Below are positions 38,118 to 50,170 of a DNA stretch of 64,000 nt, one piece after another (position 1 is the first letter of the stretch; every line of letters starts with the position of its first letter). Below the pieces are notes generated by a model. It had not been told where the DNA came from. It did not search any database and saw nothing but the letters and a program-made list of their open reading frames with translations. Origin of the DNA: Octopus sinensis (taxonomy: Eukaryota); the NCBI RefSeq assembly GCF_006345805.1, contig NC_042999.1, forward strand, positions 16,430,001-16,494,000, in the 5' to 3' direction. Both the position numbers and the translations under genes were made by a program.

Positions 38118-38538
38118 GGATTTTTCCGTTTGACCGGCAGTTTTTTAAAAATAATTTCCACGTAACTAAACACTTTAAAACTTCGTATACTGGTAGAATG
38201 TGTTTATAAAACATCTTTTTCTCTTGGCTTTATTGAGAAAATTCTATAGTTTGTAAGATATTTGTTTGTTTTTTTTTCTTCAATTTCTGCAATTTCAACT
38301 AATCAATGATGTCTATTGAGGTAAAAAAAAACATTCTGTGCCGTATGAATATGTCCCTTGTTTAAGAAACAGATTGGGTTTATTTACATTTCTGAAGAAA
38401 AAAAGATACCCTTCCCCTCACCCCTAACCCTAACCCTAAAACAGATTGAAATGCAAAATATCGATATAGGGTCATAATTATGGGTGACAATTTCATATGA
38501 CACCGCTAGAAAAACTGCCGTTCAAACCAAAAAGATCC
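38118..38538 (+). mobile_element. Merlin-like MITE with 8-bp TSD (CTATGTTA) and internal (CCCTAA)3
   Basis: GGATTTTTCCGTTTGACCGGCAG ... CTGCCGTTCAAACCAAAAAGATCC; CTATGTTA at 38110-38117 and 38539-38546. Confidence 0.85.
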
Positions 38539-38610
38539 CTATGTTATCCAATGTGTCCTTTTTTTTAAGATATAATAGATATGGCTTTTTAGAAGAGTGG
38601 TTGGTAGATC

Positions 38611-39450
38611 TGTAGCGGCAAAAACAGCCAGCGCCATATTGGATGAAATCTCGCGGCAGTCATTGACATCTCTGTGACTGGAGCGAGACCTCACCTACAT
38701 CAATTTGCCATGCGCATGATCACAACGAGGCTCGCGATGGAGAAAACTATATAAACGGGAAACTGATTCAGACCAGCCTCTTTTGGCGCCATTACACAGC
38801 AGCATTGGCTGAACAGCAACATTGACAGAGCTTTCTGCCTGTCTATCTCCAGAGGCAATGCGCCCGCACTATTCGGAGCTTAAGATGGTAGCTGAGAGCA
38901 GCACACTTCACCTTTCCTGTAAATAAACCAGTTGTAAATAGCAGATGTACTTGAAGTCTTTTGGATTTTTTCAGTTTGAACGGCAGTTTTTTCCTAGCGG
39001 TGTCATATGAAATTGTCACCCATAATTATGACCCTAGTATCAATCTATTGCATTTCAATCTGTTTTACGGTTAGGGTTAGTTAGGGTTAGGGTTAGGATT
39101 GGAGAGAAGGGTATCTTTTTTTTTTTCAGAAATGTAAATAAACCCAATCTGTTTCTTAAACGAGGGACATATTCATACAGCACAGAATGTTTATTACCTC
39201 AATGGACGTCATTGACTGGTTGAAATTGCAGAAATTGAAGAAAAAACAACAACAAATATCTGACAAGCTATAGAATTTTCTCAATAAAGCCAAGAGAAAA
39301 AGATGTTTTATAAACACATTCTACCAGTATACGAAGCTTAAAGTGTTTAGTTACGTGGAAATTATTTTTAAAAACTGCCGTTCAAACCGAAAAGATCCAG
39401 CAGATATACTTGAAGCCTTTTCTCTTTGCCTGCTGAAAGCCTGAACTACA
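38611..39450 (+). mobile_element. Probable solo LTR (about 380 bp after removing nested MITE)
   Basis: TGTAG...CTACA termini, TATATAAA at 38748-38755, AATAAA at 38922-38927; no clear TSD. Confidence 0.55.
38963..39398 (-). mobile_element. Merlin-like MITE, inverted copy of 38118-38538, nested in the LTR
   Basis: Reverse complement of the 38118 copy; flanked by a 23-bp direct repeat (38940-38962, 39399-39421). Confidence 0.85.
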
Positions 39451-39724
39451 TAAAGAACAAGAAGAATGATGGAAGGAGACGATATCCTTCCAGTATCGTA
39501 AACCTTGCCTTCCATTAGTAAAGATCTAGTAATTCAATTGACTACATACAGCTATCATTGGCTGATATCAATTTGCTTTTTAAGTGGTGGCTCGCTGTTT
39601 TTCTCTACAGCACTCGTTCTTACATTTTTCTAGCTGAGCATCACGCTTCAACAAGGTGTTTTTAAAAAAGTCCCCTCCTCATTGTTTGTAAAAGAAATGA
39701 AAGAAAATAAATAGTAGATTACTT

Positions 39725-40240
39725 TTATATTTTACTTGTTTCAATCATTAGACTGCGGCCATTCTGGGGCACCTCCTTGAAAAATGTTTAATCGAATGAA
39801 TCGCACCCTGTACTCATTCTTTTAAAACCTGGTTCGCTGATATTGTTACTTTCGCCGAATCACTGTGTTACGGGGGCGTAAACACACCAACAGCAGTTGT
39901 CAGTTGTGATGGGGAACAAACATAGACACAAACACCCTGTTGCCCCTCTTTGAGCCCCCAATAGTCCCAAAGGGTCACTACCGTCCGGGTTAAGAACCAC
40001 CACTCTATACGTTACAACCAACCACCAGCGGCTATCAAGGCGAAATGCTTAGCGTATTTCGCCTGCCGCTACGTTCTGAGTTCAAATTCCGCCGAGGTCG
40101 ACTTTGCCTTTCTTCTTTCTTCCTTCGGGGTTTTATAATAAAGTACCAGTTACGCACTGGGGTTGATGTAATCGACTTAATCCCTTTGTCTGTCCTTGTT
40201 TGTCCCTTCTGTGTTTTAGCCTCTTGTGGGCAATAAAGAA
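39725..40240. mobile_element. SINE B tail (39725-39930, -) and SINE A fragment (40030-40240, +)
   Basis: Family-diagnostic motifs. Confidence 0.75.
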
Positions 40241-40299
40241 ATATATCGGGTATGAGGTAGGAGTTATGTACATTGTATTATTGCTAGATATTCTGTTGC

Positions 40300-40550
40300 A
40301 AAGAAGTATGGCTAACTGGTTTGGGAAATTCATCTTACGATCTTAAGGTCACGAGTTCGATATCTGGCGACGCGTTGTGTCATTGGGCATAACGTTTTAT
40401 TTCACGTTTTATTTACAGTCCACTCAAATGGCAAAAAATATAAGTGGTACCTGTAATTCAATGGTCCAGCCCTGTCACATTCCGTGTCATGCTGAACCTC
40501 CCTACGAACTACATTAAGAGCACTCGTGTTTCTGGAGTGCTCAGCCACTT
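40300..40550 (+). mobile_element. CORE-type SINE, diverged
   Basis: CTTACGATC...GAGTTCGATATC...GTTGTGTCATTGGGC...TTTATTTCACGTT...CAGTCCACTCAAATGG. Confidence 0.6.
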
Positions 40551-40554
40551 ACTC

Positions 40555-41022
40555 TTTTACTCTTGTACTTGTTTCAGTCGTTTGGCTGTGGCCATGCTGG
40601 AGCACCGCCTTTAGTCGATCAAATCGACCCCAGTACTTATTCTTTGTAAGCCTAGTACTTATTCTATCGGTCTGTTTTGCCGAACCGCTACGTTACGGGG
40701 ACATAAACACACCACATCGGTTGTCAAGTGATGTTGTGGGGGGACAAACACAGACACACAAACACACATACATATATATTCACATATATATATTTCTTTA
40801 CTACCCGCAAGGGGCTAAACACAGAGGGGACAAACAAGGACAGACAAAGGAATTAAGTCGATTACATCGACTCCCAGTGCGTAACTGGTACTTAATTTAT
40901 CGACGCCGAAAGGATGAAAGGCAAAGTCGACCTCGGCGGAATTTGAACCCAGAACGTAACGGCAGACGAATACGGCTATGCATTTCGCCCTACGTACTAA
41001 CGTTTCTGCCAGCTCGCCGTCT
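40555..41022 (-). mobile_element. SINE B tail (40555-40760) and SINE A (40795-41022)
   Basis: Family-diagnostic motifs. Confidence 0.85.
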
Positions 41023-41042
41023 TAATATAATATTATATATAT

Positions 41043-41119
<77 letters not shown>

Positions 41120-41121
41120 CA

Positions 41122-41165
<44 letters not shown>

Positions 41166-41168
41166 TAC

Positions 41169-41213
<45 letters not shown>

Positions 41214-41252
41214 CATCTATATATATATATATATTATATTACATATATATAA

Positions 41253-41303
<51 letters not shown>

Positions 41304-41326
41304 ATAATATTATATATATACATATA

Positions 41327-41363
<37 letters not shown>

Positions 41364-41380
41364 ATATATATCTATATATA

Positions 41381-41433
<53 letters not shown>

Positions 41434-41448
41434 TATATATATAGATAT

Positions 41449-41486
<38 letters not shown>

Positions 41487-42295
41487 GACGGGCTTCTAAA
41501 TTTTACAAGCAGGGTGCCGTTCCCTTGATGAACCGACATAGCGCCAAATTTCTGCTGACCTAAAATATATCCTTAAGTAAAATAACCTTATTAATTTAGG
41601 TTAATGTGGTACATCAAGAAACTGATCTTTTCTATTATGATTTAGCGCAATGGCACGATTTAATTTTGCTATTTACTACAGATGACCCCTGATCTTTCTG
41701 CCGAAGAAACTCGGATTCAATGATAAATCTCAGTTTGATACATCTATCATTTTTAGTTAATAATTACGCAGTTTCAAGTTATTTTGTATATCAATACTTT
41801 GTTGTTGCATGTTTTAGCTACTGTCATATTTTTCTTTAATTTTGATCATCATTTTGCTTCAAATAGCTGGCATTTTTCTAGATTTTGTAAGAAAACAAAT
41901 CAAACAACAGACGCCGGAATAGAATCTAAAAGCGAGACGTAACTGGATGAAAATAAAAATGAAAAATTAACAAAAATATAGCGAAGGATAATTTAGGAAA
42001 GCAAAATAGGAAAAACAAAATAAAAATATAAGACAATGAAAACAAAAACAAACAAAAGAAAACTGCATTTAAATCAGTTTAATTGAAAGCTTCAGAAAAT
42101 TTGATTGTTTGTGTCACTTAAAATGATTTCAAAATAAACAGATATTTATGGGAAGTAAAGAGAGAAAGAGAGAGACAGAGAGAAAAGGAGACAAATATGT
42201 ATATATGTATATACATACATGCCATGCATACACACACATATATGTGCACACACACAGACACATATATATGCACACATACACACCACACCACACAC

Positions 42296-42342
<47 letters not shown>

Positions 42343-42392
42343 CATATAGAAATATATATATGCATATGTATATATATGAATATATATAAATA

Positions 42393-42437
<45 letters not shown>

Positions 42438-42548
42438 CATATTATATATATATTTTACATAAGTATACATGTTTATATATATATATATATTATATATATA
42501 TATTCTATATATATACATACACACGCAACTATATATATATAAATACAT

Positions 42549-42597
<49 letters not shown>

Positions 42598-43734
42598 GTA
42601 TGTATGTATACTTGAATATATACATATATACGCACACACACATATATATATATATCTGTTTACATAGATATAAATACGTGCGTGCGTGTGTGTGTCTCTT
42701 TATGTGTGTATGTATGTATGTATGTATGTATGTATGTATGTATGTATGTATGTATGTATGCATGAATGTATGTATATATGTACGTGCATTCCGAAAGAAA
42801 GGAAGATCTTATTGCAGATGATCGTTTGAATTATGAACGATATAGTCAAAACACATTCGAGAGTGGCTGGTTACGAAAGAAGTGCGAAGCAATTTCGTAA
42901 CAGTTTTAAGAATTTATCCCCCAAGCAGCCACTTTCCGTTCGTTCAGTGTTCAGATTACCGTAATAATCACTTCGGAGTCTAGCGAACCGATTGGCTAAA
43001 GAGAATATGTAGGCAATCTATTAATGTTCTGTTAAGCAGAACACATATACACCTCGCTATATACAGTCACCTAAACTATACACGAACGTAGAGAATAGAT
43101 AGGAGCGTGCATGCATTGTGTGAGTAAGTGTGTGTGTGTGTATGTGTGTGTGTGTGTGTGTGTGCGTGGGTTGGTGTATAGATATGTGTATATGTATGTA
43201 TGTATGCGTATATGCAAATACTTAAATGTATATGTGTGTATACATGCATTTATGAGTTACACATATATATATATATGTATATATATGTTTGTATACATGT
43301 ATGTACATATGCATATATGTATGTTTATATATATATATATGTATGTATCTATGTATCTATGTATATACATATATATATCAATATATGCATGTATTATGAA
43401 TATGCGTATATATATATGTATATATATGTATATGTATTTCATATATATTGTATATAAGTACACACTTGGACATATTTGAAACTATAATTTACTCAGGCAT
43501 ACATACATACATACATACATACTCACATGCATACATACATACAAACATACATACATACATACATACATTCACATATATGTACAGACATCTAGGTCTTTGG
43601 TGTGTGTGTGTCTGTGTGAGTGTATATCTGTGTATACATTTTTTAGATAGTTCCATAAACAGATCAGGCAGGACATACTTATTGCCAGATATATATATAT
43701 CTTTATGTGCAATTTTCTCATATGTATACAATTT

Positions 43735-43769
<35 letters not shown>

Positions 43770-43803
43770 CGGTGCATCAACATGGCCGCAGCTCTGAACT
43801 GAA

Positions 43804-43843
<40 letters not shown>

Positions 43844-43974
43844 TCGAATAGATAAATATATGCTAGACATATTAACCCATATCATTGTACTCATATTTAT
43901 CCGCATAGGCACGAAATCATATCCATAGACATACTTGTATACATACAGAAAATCCTTCACACGCAATACTTACT

Positions 43975-44175
43975 CTCTCCTTGTCTTTCTTCTTCTCTTT
44001 CTCTCCTCCTCCATCTCTCTCCCTCTCCCTCTCTCTGACTCTTCCTGACTCTCTGCAATCTACTCTTCTCCTTCTGTCTTCTTCTCTTTCTCTCCTCCTC
44101 CATCTCTCTCCCTCTCTCTATCTCTGACTCTTCCTTACTCTCTGCAATCTACTCTTCTCCTTCTGTCTTCTTCCT
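43975..44175. repeat. CT-rich tandem duplication (about 75-bp unit)
   Basis: CTCTTTCTCTCCTCCTCCATCTCTCTCCCTCTC...TCTGACTCTTCC..ACTCTCTGCAATCTACTCTTCTCCTTCTGTCTTCTTC occurs twice. Confidence 0.8.
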
Positions 44176-44725
44176 CCCTCTCTCACTCACTCACGAGTTT
44201 CCTTTCCTTTAACTGCCAGTGATTTCAACTTCGACATTTTCTGAAGATCAATAGCTTGAAATTGCATAGACCAGTATTTTTCACTTCTCTTTAAACTAAA
44301 TATTTGTTTGCTCACATGAAACCTTGCTTATTATAAAAATGAAAGAAACAACAAAAAAAAAAAATCACAGAACTGAATAAAGAAAGAAATGATGAGAAAG
44401 GAATAATAACGGAAGGAACTACATAAACATATCTGAAATATTTGTGTAGAGAGAGCATCGCGAAAAATGGAGGAAGAGAGAATGAGATAAGAGAATGGCA
44501 AAAGAACGAAAGAAGAATGATGGAAAAATAAGAATTGAGAAAGTGCAGGTGGGGGAAGTGGAAGAAGTGGTGGTGGTGGCGGTGGTGGAGGAGGAACAAA
44601 CACAAGTGCGGCAGACTTTAGGAAAATAGCGAGAAAATTGGAAGATAAAAGAAAAAAAGAGAGAGAAAAGATTCGCCATTTATGATTGAAGGAATAAGCG
44701 AACGTAGGCATCGTCTTCATTGCTA

Positions 44726-44726
44726 C

Positions 44727-44783
<57 letters not shown>

Positions 44784-44843
44784 AATCATCATCATCAACA
44801 TCATCATCATCATAATCATCATCATCATCATCATCATCATCAT

Positions 44844-44883
<40 letters not shown>

Positions 44884-45400
44884 TCATCATCATCATCATC
44901 ATCATAATCTTCATCATCATCTTCATCATCATCATCGTCATCATCATAATCGTCATCATCATCATCATCATCATCATCATAGCCATCCCTACCATCATCT
45001 CAACACTACCACCACAAACACTACCATCATCATTTTAATAGTCTCCCGTCCTCTTCCTCCTCATCATCATCGTCGTCATCGTCATTATCATAATCATCAC
45101 CATTATGGTCGTCATCATCATCATCATCATCATTACCATGATCGTCATCATCTTCTTCATTGTCATCGTGGTCGTCGTCGTCACCGTCGTTCTCCTCCTC
45201 CTCCTCCTCATCATCATCATCATTATGATACTTTTAGTTTTAATTCCTTCTTCCTCCACTTCTTTATTACCACTATTATCACCACCACCACCACCACCAC
45301 CACCACTACCAGCACTAGCAGTACCATCACTACCGTCTTAATCGTCATCATCATCATCATCCTCACCACCACCACCACCACCACTACCACCACCACCTAA
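44726..45400. repeat. (CAT)n / (CAC)n trinucleotide complex
   Basis: Direct reading; source of spurious poly-His/Met/Ile ORFs. Confidence 0.95.
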
Positions 45401-46399
45401 GCACCTCCTCCGCCACCGTCAACATCACCATCGTGGTTGCCCGGCAGTAATTTCGTTACTATTGCTTCTGTATAGACATATTTATAAACATCCGTAATCA
45501 GTGGAAAGCATATTAAAAGAAATGTTTTTTGCTTTTTTTTTTTGCAAAATCATGGACACATCTTTCTTTTTCTCGTTCTCTTTTATAGGTTTTCCTTTCA
45601 AAGATAATCACACACATACACACACACACAAACGTATTCTACTCATATTGACTCTACTCTTTCATACTCTTTCATTCAATTCACTTAGTCATCAATTCAC
45701 AGACAAAGAAATACGTACAAACACATTCATACATGCAAGCACTTATATAATCACACACTCAACACGCAACACTCACAGGCAATCACATATATACAGTCAT
45801 ACAGATACCCACAAATGCGCTCACCAAATCATACACATTCACACATACACAAACACAAAAGTTTATTTAAGCTAATTTTTGAATATAGCTGCAATAATAA
45901 ATTCTCATACATCGAGTTAAATTTTAAGATTAATTAATATGGTTTCTCGAGTGCCACGAAGTATTTAATTTTTCAAAAGTTTTATTTATTCAATTTGTAA
46001 CGGCACCGAAGACTTCGTTTTATATCTTATTAGCAAGGATTTTAATTATTGGCTTAAAGTCAGAGAGGAAAAAAAAATAAAGATTAGATAGTTTTTTTAG
46101 ATAATTTTTTTTTGTAAATTTTTGGTAAAATAGGCTGTTGTATTTACAGCGCCGTTACTATTGTTATTGACGTTTTTTTTTATTATACATTGACAAATAT
46201 ACATACACATGCATACACACACATACATACACACATACATGATACACACAGAGACACACACATGCATATATATGTGTATACATATATGTATACATATATA
46301 TATATATAGACACATGCACACGCACATGTATATATAAGTATATGCATGCACATTGTACGTACATATATGCATACATGTATATATGTATGTATGCATGTA

Positions 46400-46441
<42 letters not shown>

Positions 46442-46446
<5 letters not shown>

Positions 46447-46894
46447 AAGCAATAAGGGTTTAGCAACGAGTTGCCTTACCACATACCGAATTTAGAAATA
46501 GCAGTCAAAGGGTTATAGCTATTTCTTCTACTAAAAAGGGAGATCTCAGTAAAAACAGCATTTGGAAGGCAGACACAAACAGGTAAGAGAGAATGAATTG
46601 ACTGCAATCTATCATACATTTTTTTAGTTATCCACGGACGTACGTTTCGAAATCAAGTTTTAAGGAAAGCATAAGAACTAAATATTAAATATTAAATAAT
46701 TCTATCTTACCGAAACTTCCTTTCTCTTCAGCGTAGAATACTATAATCATAAATGATTATATATTGAATTTTGAGATACCAGAAGGCACCAACTCAACTC
46801 AGTATCAGAGCGAGCTAGAATCCGCAACTGGTATCACCGAATTCAATTTGTGAATGAAACGATTGTGTCAACAGCCCCTTCCCACCCGCGTGTA
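46442..46894 (-). mobile_element. About 455-bp hammerhead-bearing element, copy 2
   Basis: Reverse complement of 13178-13636. Confidence 0.9.
46631..46737 (-). ncRNA. Type I hammerhead with about 76-nt helix II, apparently intact
   Basis: Minus: TCTACG-CTGAAGA-GAAAggAAGTTT...AAACTTgaTTTC-GAAAC-GTAC-GTC|CGTGGA. Confidence 0.85.
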
Positions 46895-46946
46895 GCCAAA
46901 ACAAGATGCTGTGGTCATCTACTGAGATAAAATATGGTTATCCGTA

Positions 46947-47148
46947 ATAATGAAGGGTGAAATTAATTAATTTGGAAAAATTATCAATTACACCAAGTAG
47001 TCTTCGGCATGTAAAAGCCTCATTCGAGGAAAATTTAAGTAATACTATAGTATTACTTAAATTTTCCTCGAATGAGGCTTTTACATGCCGAAGACTACTT
47101 GGTGTAATTGATAATTTTTCCAAATTAATTAATTTCACCCTTCATTAT
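46947..47148. repeat. Perfect 202-bp palindrome
   Basis: 101-bp arms read as exact reverse complements, centre AATACTA|TAGTATT (47047/47048); ORF track shows near-identical peptides on both strands. Confidence 0.97.
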
Positions 47149-47217
47149 ACACACACATATTATATATATATATGTATATATGTATATATATGTATATATA
47201 TATATATATAAATATAC

Positions 47218-47252
<35 letters not shown>

Positions 47253-47582
47253 TATAATACATATATATATATATATATTTATGTGTGTGTGGGTGGGCAG
47301 GTATTTTTAAGGAAGAACAGAAAACAAAAAGGAAGGCAGTATTGGTTTTATATTAAATCGCATTAAGATACTGGTATTTAATTGACTCACTTTGTCTTTA
47401 CGTGTTTACTTCATTTGCTAAGAAAAGCAGCCAAATGTCTTCATCAAATCAAAGCCTACACTTTCAGAGAAATTTAGAATTTAAAAAAAAAATATCTCTC
47501 ATTGCTTGGCACTTTCTGCCATGGTCTCAGTCCGCCCATTGCTTTGCGAGTGAATTAGGTGGACGGAACTATGAATATATAA

Positions 47583-47647
<65 letters not shown>

Positions 47648-47749
47648 CTATATCTAATATATATATATATACGATAACGTATATATATATGTATATTATT
47701 GTATATAAGCCAAGTGGCTTTATACTGCGTGTTTTAGCTTTGTTACTAT

Positions 47750-48160
47750 AGCAATTTCGGGGATGGGGAGGGGGTAGACGATTACATGATTCCAGTGTTT
47801 AACTGGTACTTACTTTATCGACCCGAAAGGATGAAAGTTATTTTATCCGTCATGCTAACAACTCTGCCAGCTCGTCGCTATATTAATATTGATAATAAAG
47901 ATGTCCAATACTATATAATAATAAATGCGCCCTTTTATAGCCTAGCCAGGCTCATGTTTCCCAGTTTCTATGGCGTATGTGTTCCCCAGCTGGACGGGAC
48001 GCCAGTCTATCGCAGCGTTACTCATTTTTGCCAGCTGAGTGGACTGGAGCAACGTGAAATGAAATGTTTTACTTAAGAACACAACGCGTCGCCCGGTTCA
48101 GGAATCGAAACCACAATTTTACGATCATGATGCTGTCATCCTAACCACTAAGCCACAAAT
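47750..48160 (-). mobile_element. SINE A fragment (47750-47880) and CORE-type SINE (47930-48160)
   Basis: CCAGCTGAGTGGACTGGAGCAACGTGAAATG...GAATCGAAACCAC...CTAACCACTAAGCCAC. Confidence 0.8.
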
Positions 48161-48659
48161 TTCTTTTCTTTTACAATCTCTGTCTTTTGCCATAAATGTA
48201 TCCAGACATATGGACATCTACATACAAATTTACATATGCCCTTACTCACTCATTCACACAGAAAGACGCTATATATATACATACATACATCTACGTATAT
48301 GTCTATATGTATATGTATGTTTGAGTGTAGGAATTTATGTATATATACACATGCGTATATAGCTAATTTATGGATACACATTTACAAACATGTACGCAGA
48401 TATAATCATATATGTATAAGTCAGCTATATATAAGTGTATATATTGCAATTAATACCTATTAATTCATTTATAATTACATACTACCTTAAATGTATACGA
48501 AGACAAATTGTTTAAGTGATAGCCTTCCTCTAAAGGACTTTGGCTTGTTTAAGTATCTTATAGAGCCACTTACAGTAATAAATCTAAATAATGGAAAATA
48601 AATGTTAATTAAGTTTCTGTGTCGTAGAAGTTGTTTGAATAAATTAATTCAAAATACGT

Positions 48660-49006
48660 TAATTTGACTAACGCTGTCATCTTTAGCTGATGGATTGAGG
48701 TTCGTTGCTTTCTGTATCTCCGGAGAACTAAGTGTAGAATTAATGTATGCACCGGTATAGATGGGCTGGACACGTCGCCCGGCTCACCGATAATCGGTGG
48801 ACACACGCAAACCTCGAGTGGTACCCGCGTGAGCGTAAAAGACCACCTAGAAGACCTCCACGACGGTGGAGTGACGATTTCAAGAGGACGATTGGGATCA
48901 CGTGGATGAGAAAGGCGCGATCCAGAGAGGAGTGGACAGCGTGCTGTGAACAGCGGTGTCAAATGGACGCCTGACGGACTGGTCGGTCAAAGTGAAAGTG
49001 AAGTGA
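48660..49006 (+). mobile_element. RTE-clade LINE 3' end
   Basis: RWAGHVARLTDNRWTHANLEWYPRERKRPPRRPPRRWSDD then short 3' UTR ending (AAGTG)n. Confidence 0.85.
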
Positions 49007-49153
49007 TATATATATACCCCACAACTCAACTTTTATATATATATATATATATATTGATAAAAACGGTGAGATAACAAAGGAAAGAAAGAGACCTCGATAT
49101 GTGAATAGAGGAATTTATCTGTAAAATAATATGTGACATTTATTCGGTAGCCA

Positions 49154-49216
49154 AGATAAAACTCCGAGTTTCGGATGCCGAGGTGGAAATTCTCGCCGCC
49201 ATCTCTTCAGTTATCC
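49154..49216 (-). ncRNA. Type I hammerhead in Penelope-type terminal fragment (49040-49330)
   Basis: Minus: GGATAA-CTGAAGA-GATG gcgg CGAG aatttccac CTCG g CATC c-GAAAC-TCGGA-GTT|TTATCT. Confidence 0.7.
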
Positions 49217-49639
49217 GGCCATCGGAACAACGGTAGGAAAAATGACCGTTATACAAAGGGAAATTATTATGTTATTGACCGCAATTTAGACAAAAGAGTT
49301 ATTCGAATGACCGCTAAGTTCATAGTATTCGCGTAAGCGCGTCTGTTCATACCTACACATGTGTGCCTGCCACTTGTCTTCTAGGACTCAACCACAAGGC
49401 AGCAAGACATTGATCAATAAATATTAGGATGCAAAACACACACACACACATATACGCACACACACACACACATACACACACATATACGCACACATACACA
49501 CACACACACACAATCACACCGCCGTTCTTTTTTGGTATAGTTGTTAAGTTTCATATTACATATATATATAAATGAAACTGTCATAGTTTTCAAATATAAT
49601 GGTATAGTCTTAAAAATAGAAATATTATTTCTAAATCTC

Positions 49640-49880
49640 TCTAAAGATTATGACAGCAGTACTGGGTATTAGTTTTTATCGCCAAGCGAACATGGCAGTC
49701 CAGAAAAATAGGACGAATGCTGCCGTTGATTAGCTCCAAGAGGCCATCGCCTCTAGCTATGTGACACACAAACCTGTGTTAAGTAAAATCTTCGAACAGC
49801 GGAGGTCATCAGCTTCTCCTCGCTGATTTGGCATCCACAGACTAGTTTCGAGGTATTTAACCCTTATCAATGTGGATTAG
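49640..49880 (-). mobile_element. Penelope-type terminal repeat, family shared with 59085-59290
   Basis: Shared ATGGCAGTCCAGAAA...GAATGCTGCCGTTGATTAGCTCCAAGAGGCCATCGCCTCTAGCTA block. Confidence 0.8.
49833..49877 (-). ncRNA. Minimal type I hammerhead, U3-A8 core variant
   Basis: Minus: ATCCACA-TTGATAA-GGGTTAAATACCTC-GAAAC-TA-GTC|TGTGGAT; 7-bp helix I. Confidence 0.8.
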
Positions 49881-49929
49881 TTTCCATGTAATTTTCTCGC
49901 CGACGTTCCTTTGTTTCCATCCACAGTCA

Positions 49930-50170
49930 GTCTGAAGCTTCTCCTTTCTGCTACCCCCGGTACCAAACTTGCGTCTTCATCAGCCCAAAGTATATTTATA
50001 CAAGTTCATGGTCAACCGGATCAGCTGCTTCAGTTGTACTTCTTTGAACCTAAAATACCGCATGACATGCGAAATCCTCATTGGGTTGTATATAGGTGAG
50101 ACAGGTCTCTATTTCGGTGACCATCACCAGAGTCATCGCCTTCATGTACTCAAAATCGCCCAGAGTGTTC
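49930..50170 (+). pseudogene. GIY-YIG endonuclease fragment (Penelope-like)
   Basis: FSCTSLNLKYRMTCEILIGLYIGETGLYFGDH; upstream FCYPRYQTC resembles the Neptune Zn-linker. Confidence 0.7.

Noticed and set aside
40526-41329. 267-aa ORF and the many YI/VC/HT-rich ORFs elsewhere
   Set aside because: Read-through of SINEs and TA/CA microsatellites, which lack stop codons.
44331-45341. Poly-Met/His/Ile ORFs
   Set aside because: Translations of (CAT)n repeats.
48747-48974. 75-aa ORF as host gene
   Set aside because: RTE LINE ORF C-terminus followed by its 3' tail.
49785-49815. Second hammerhead core CTGATGA downstream of the U3-A8 ribozyme
   Set aside because: No helix II, GAAA broken, not conserved in the 59.2 kb copy.
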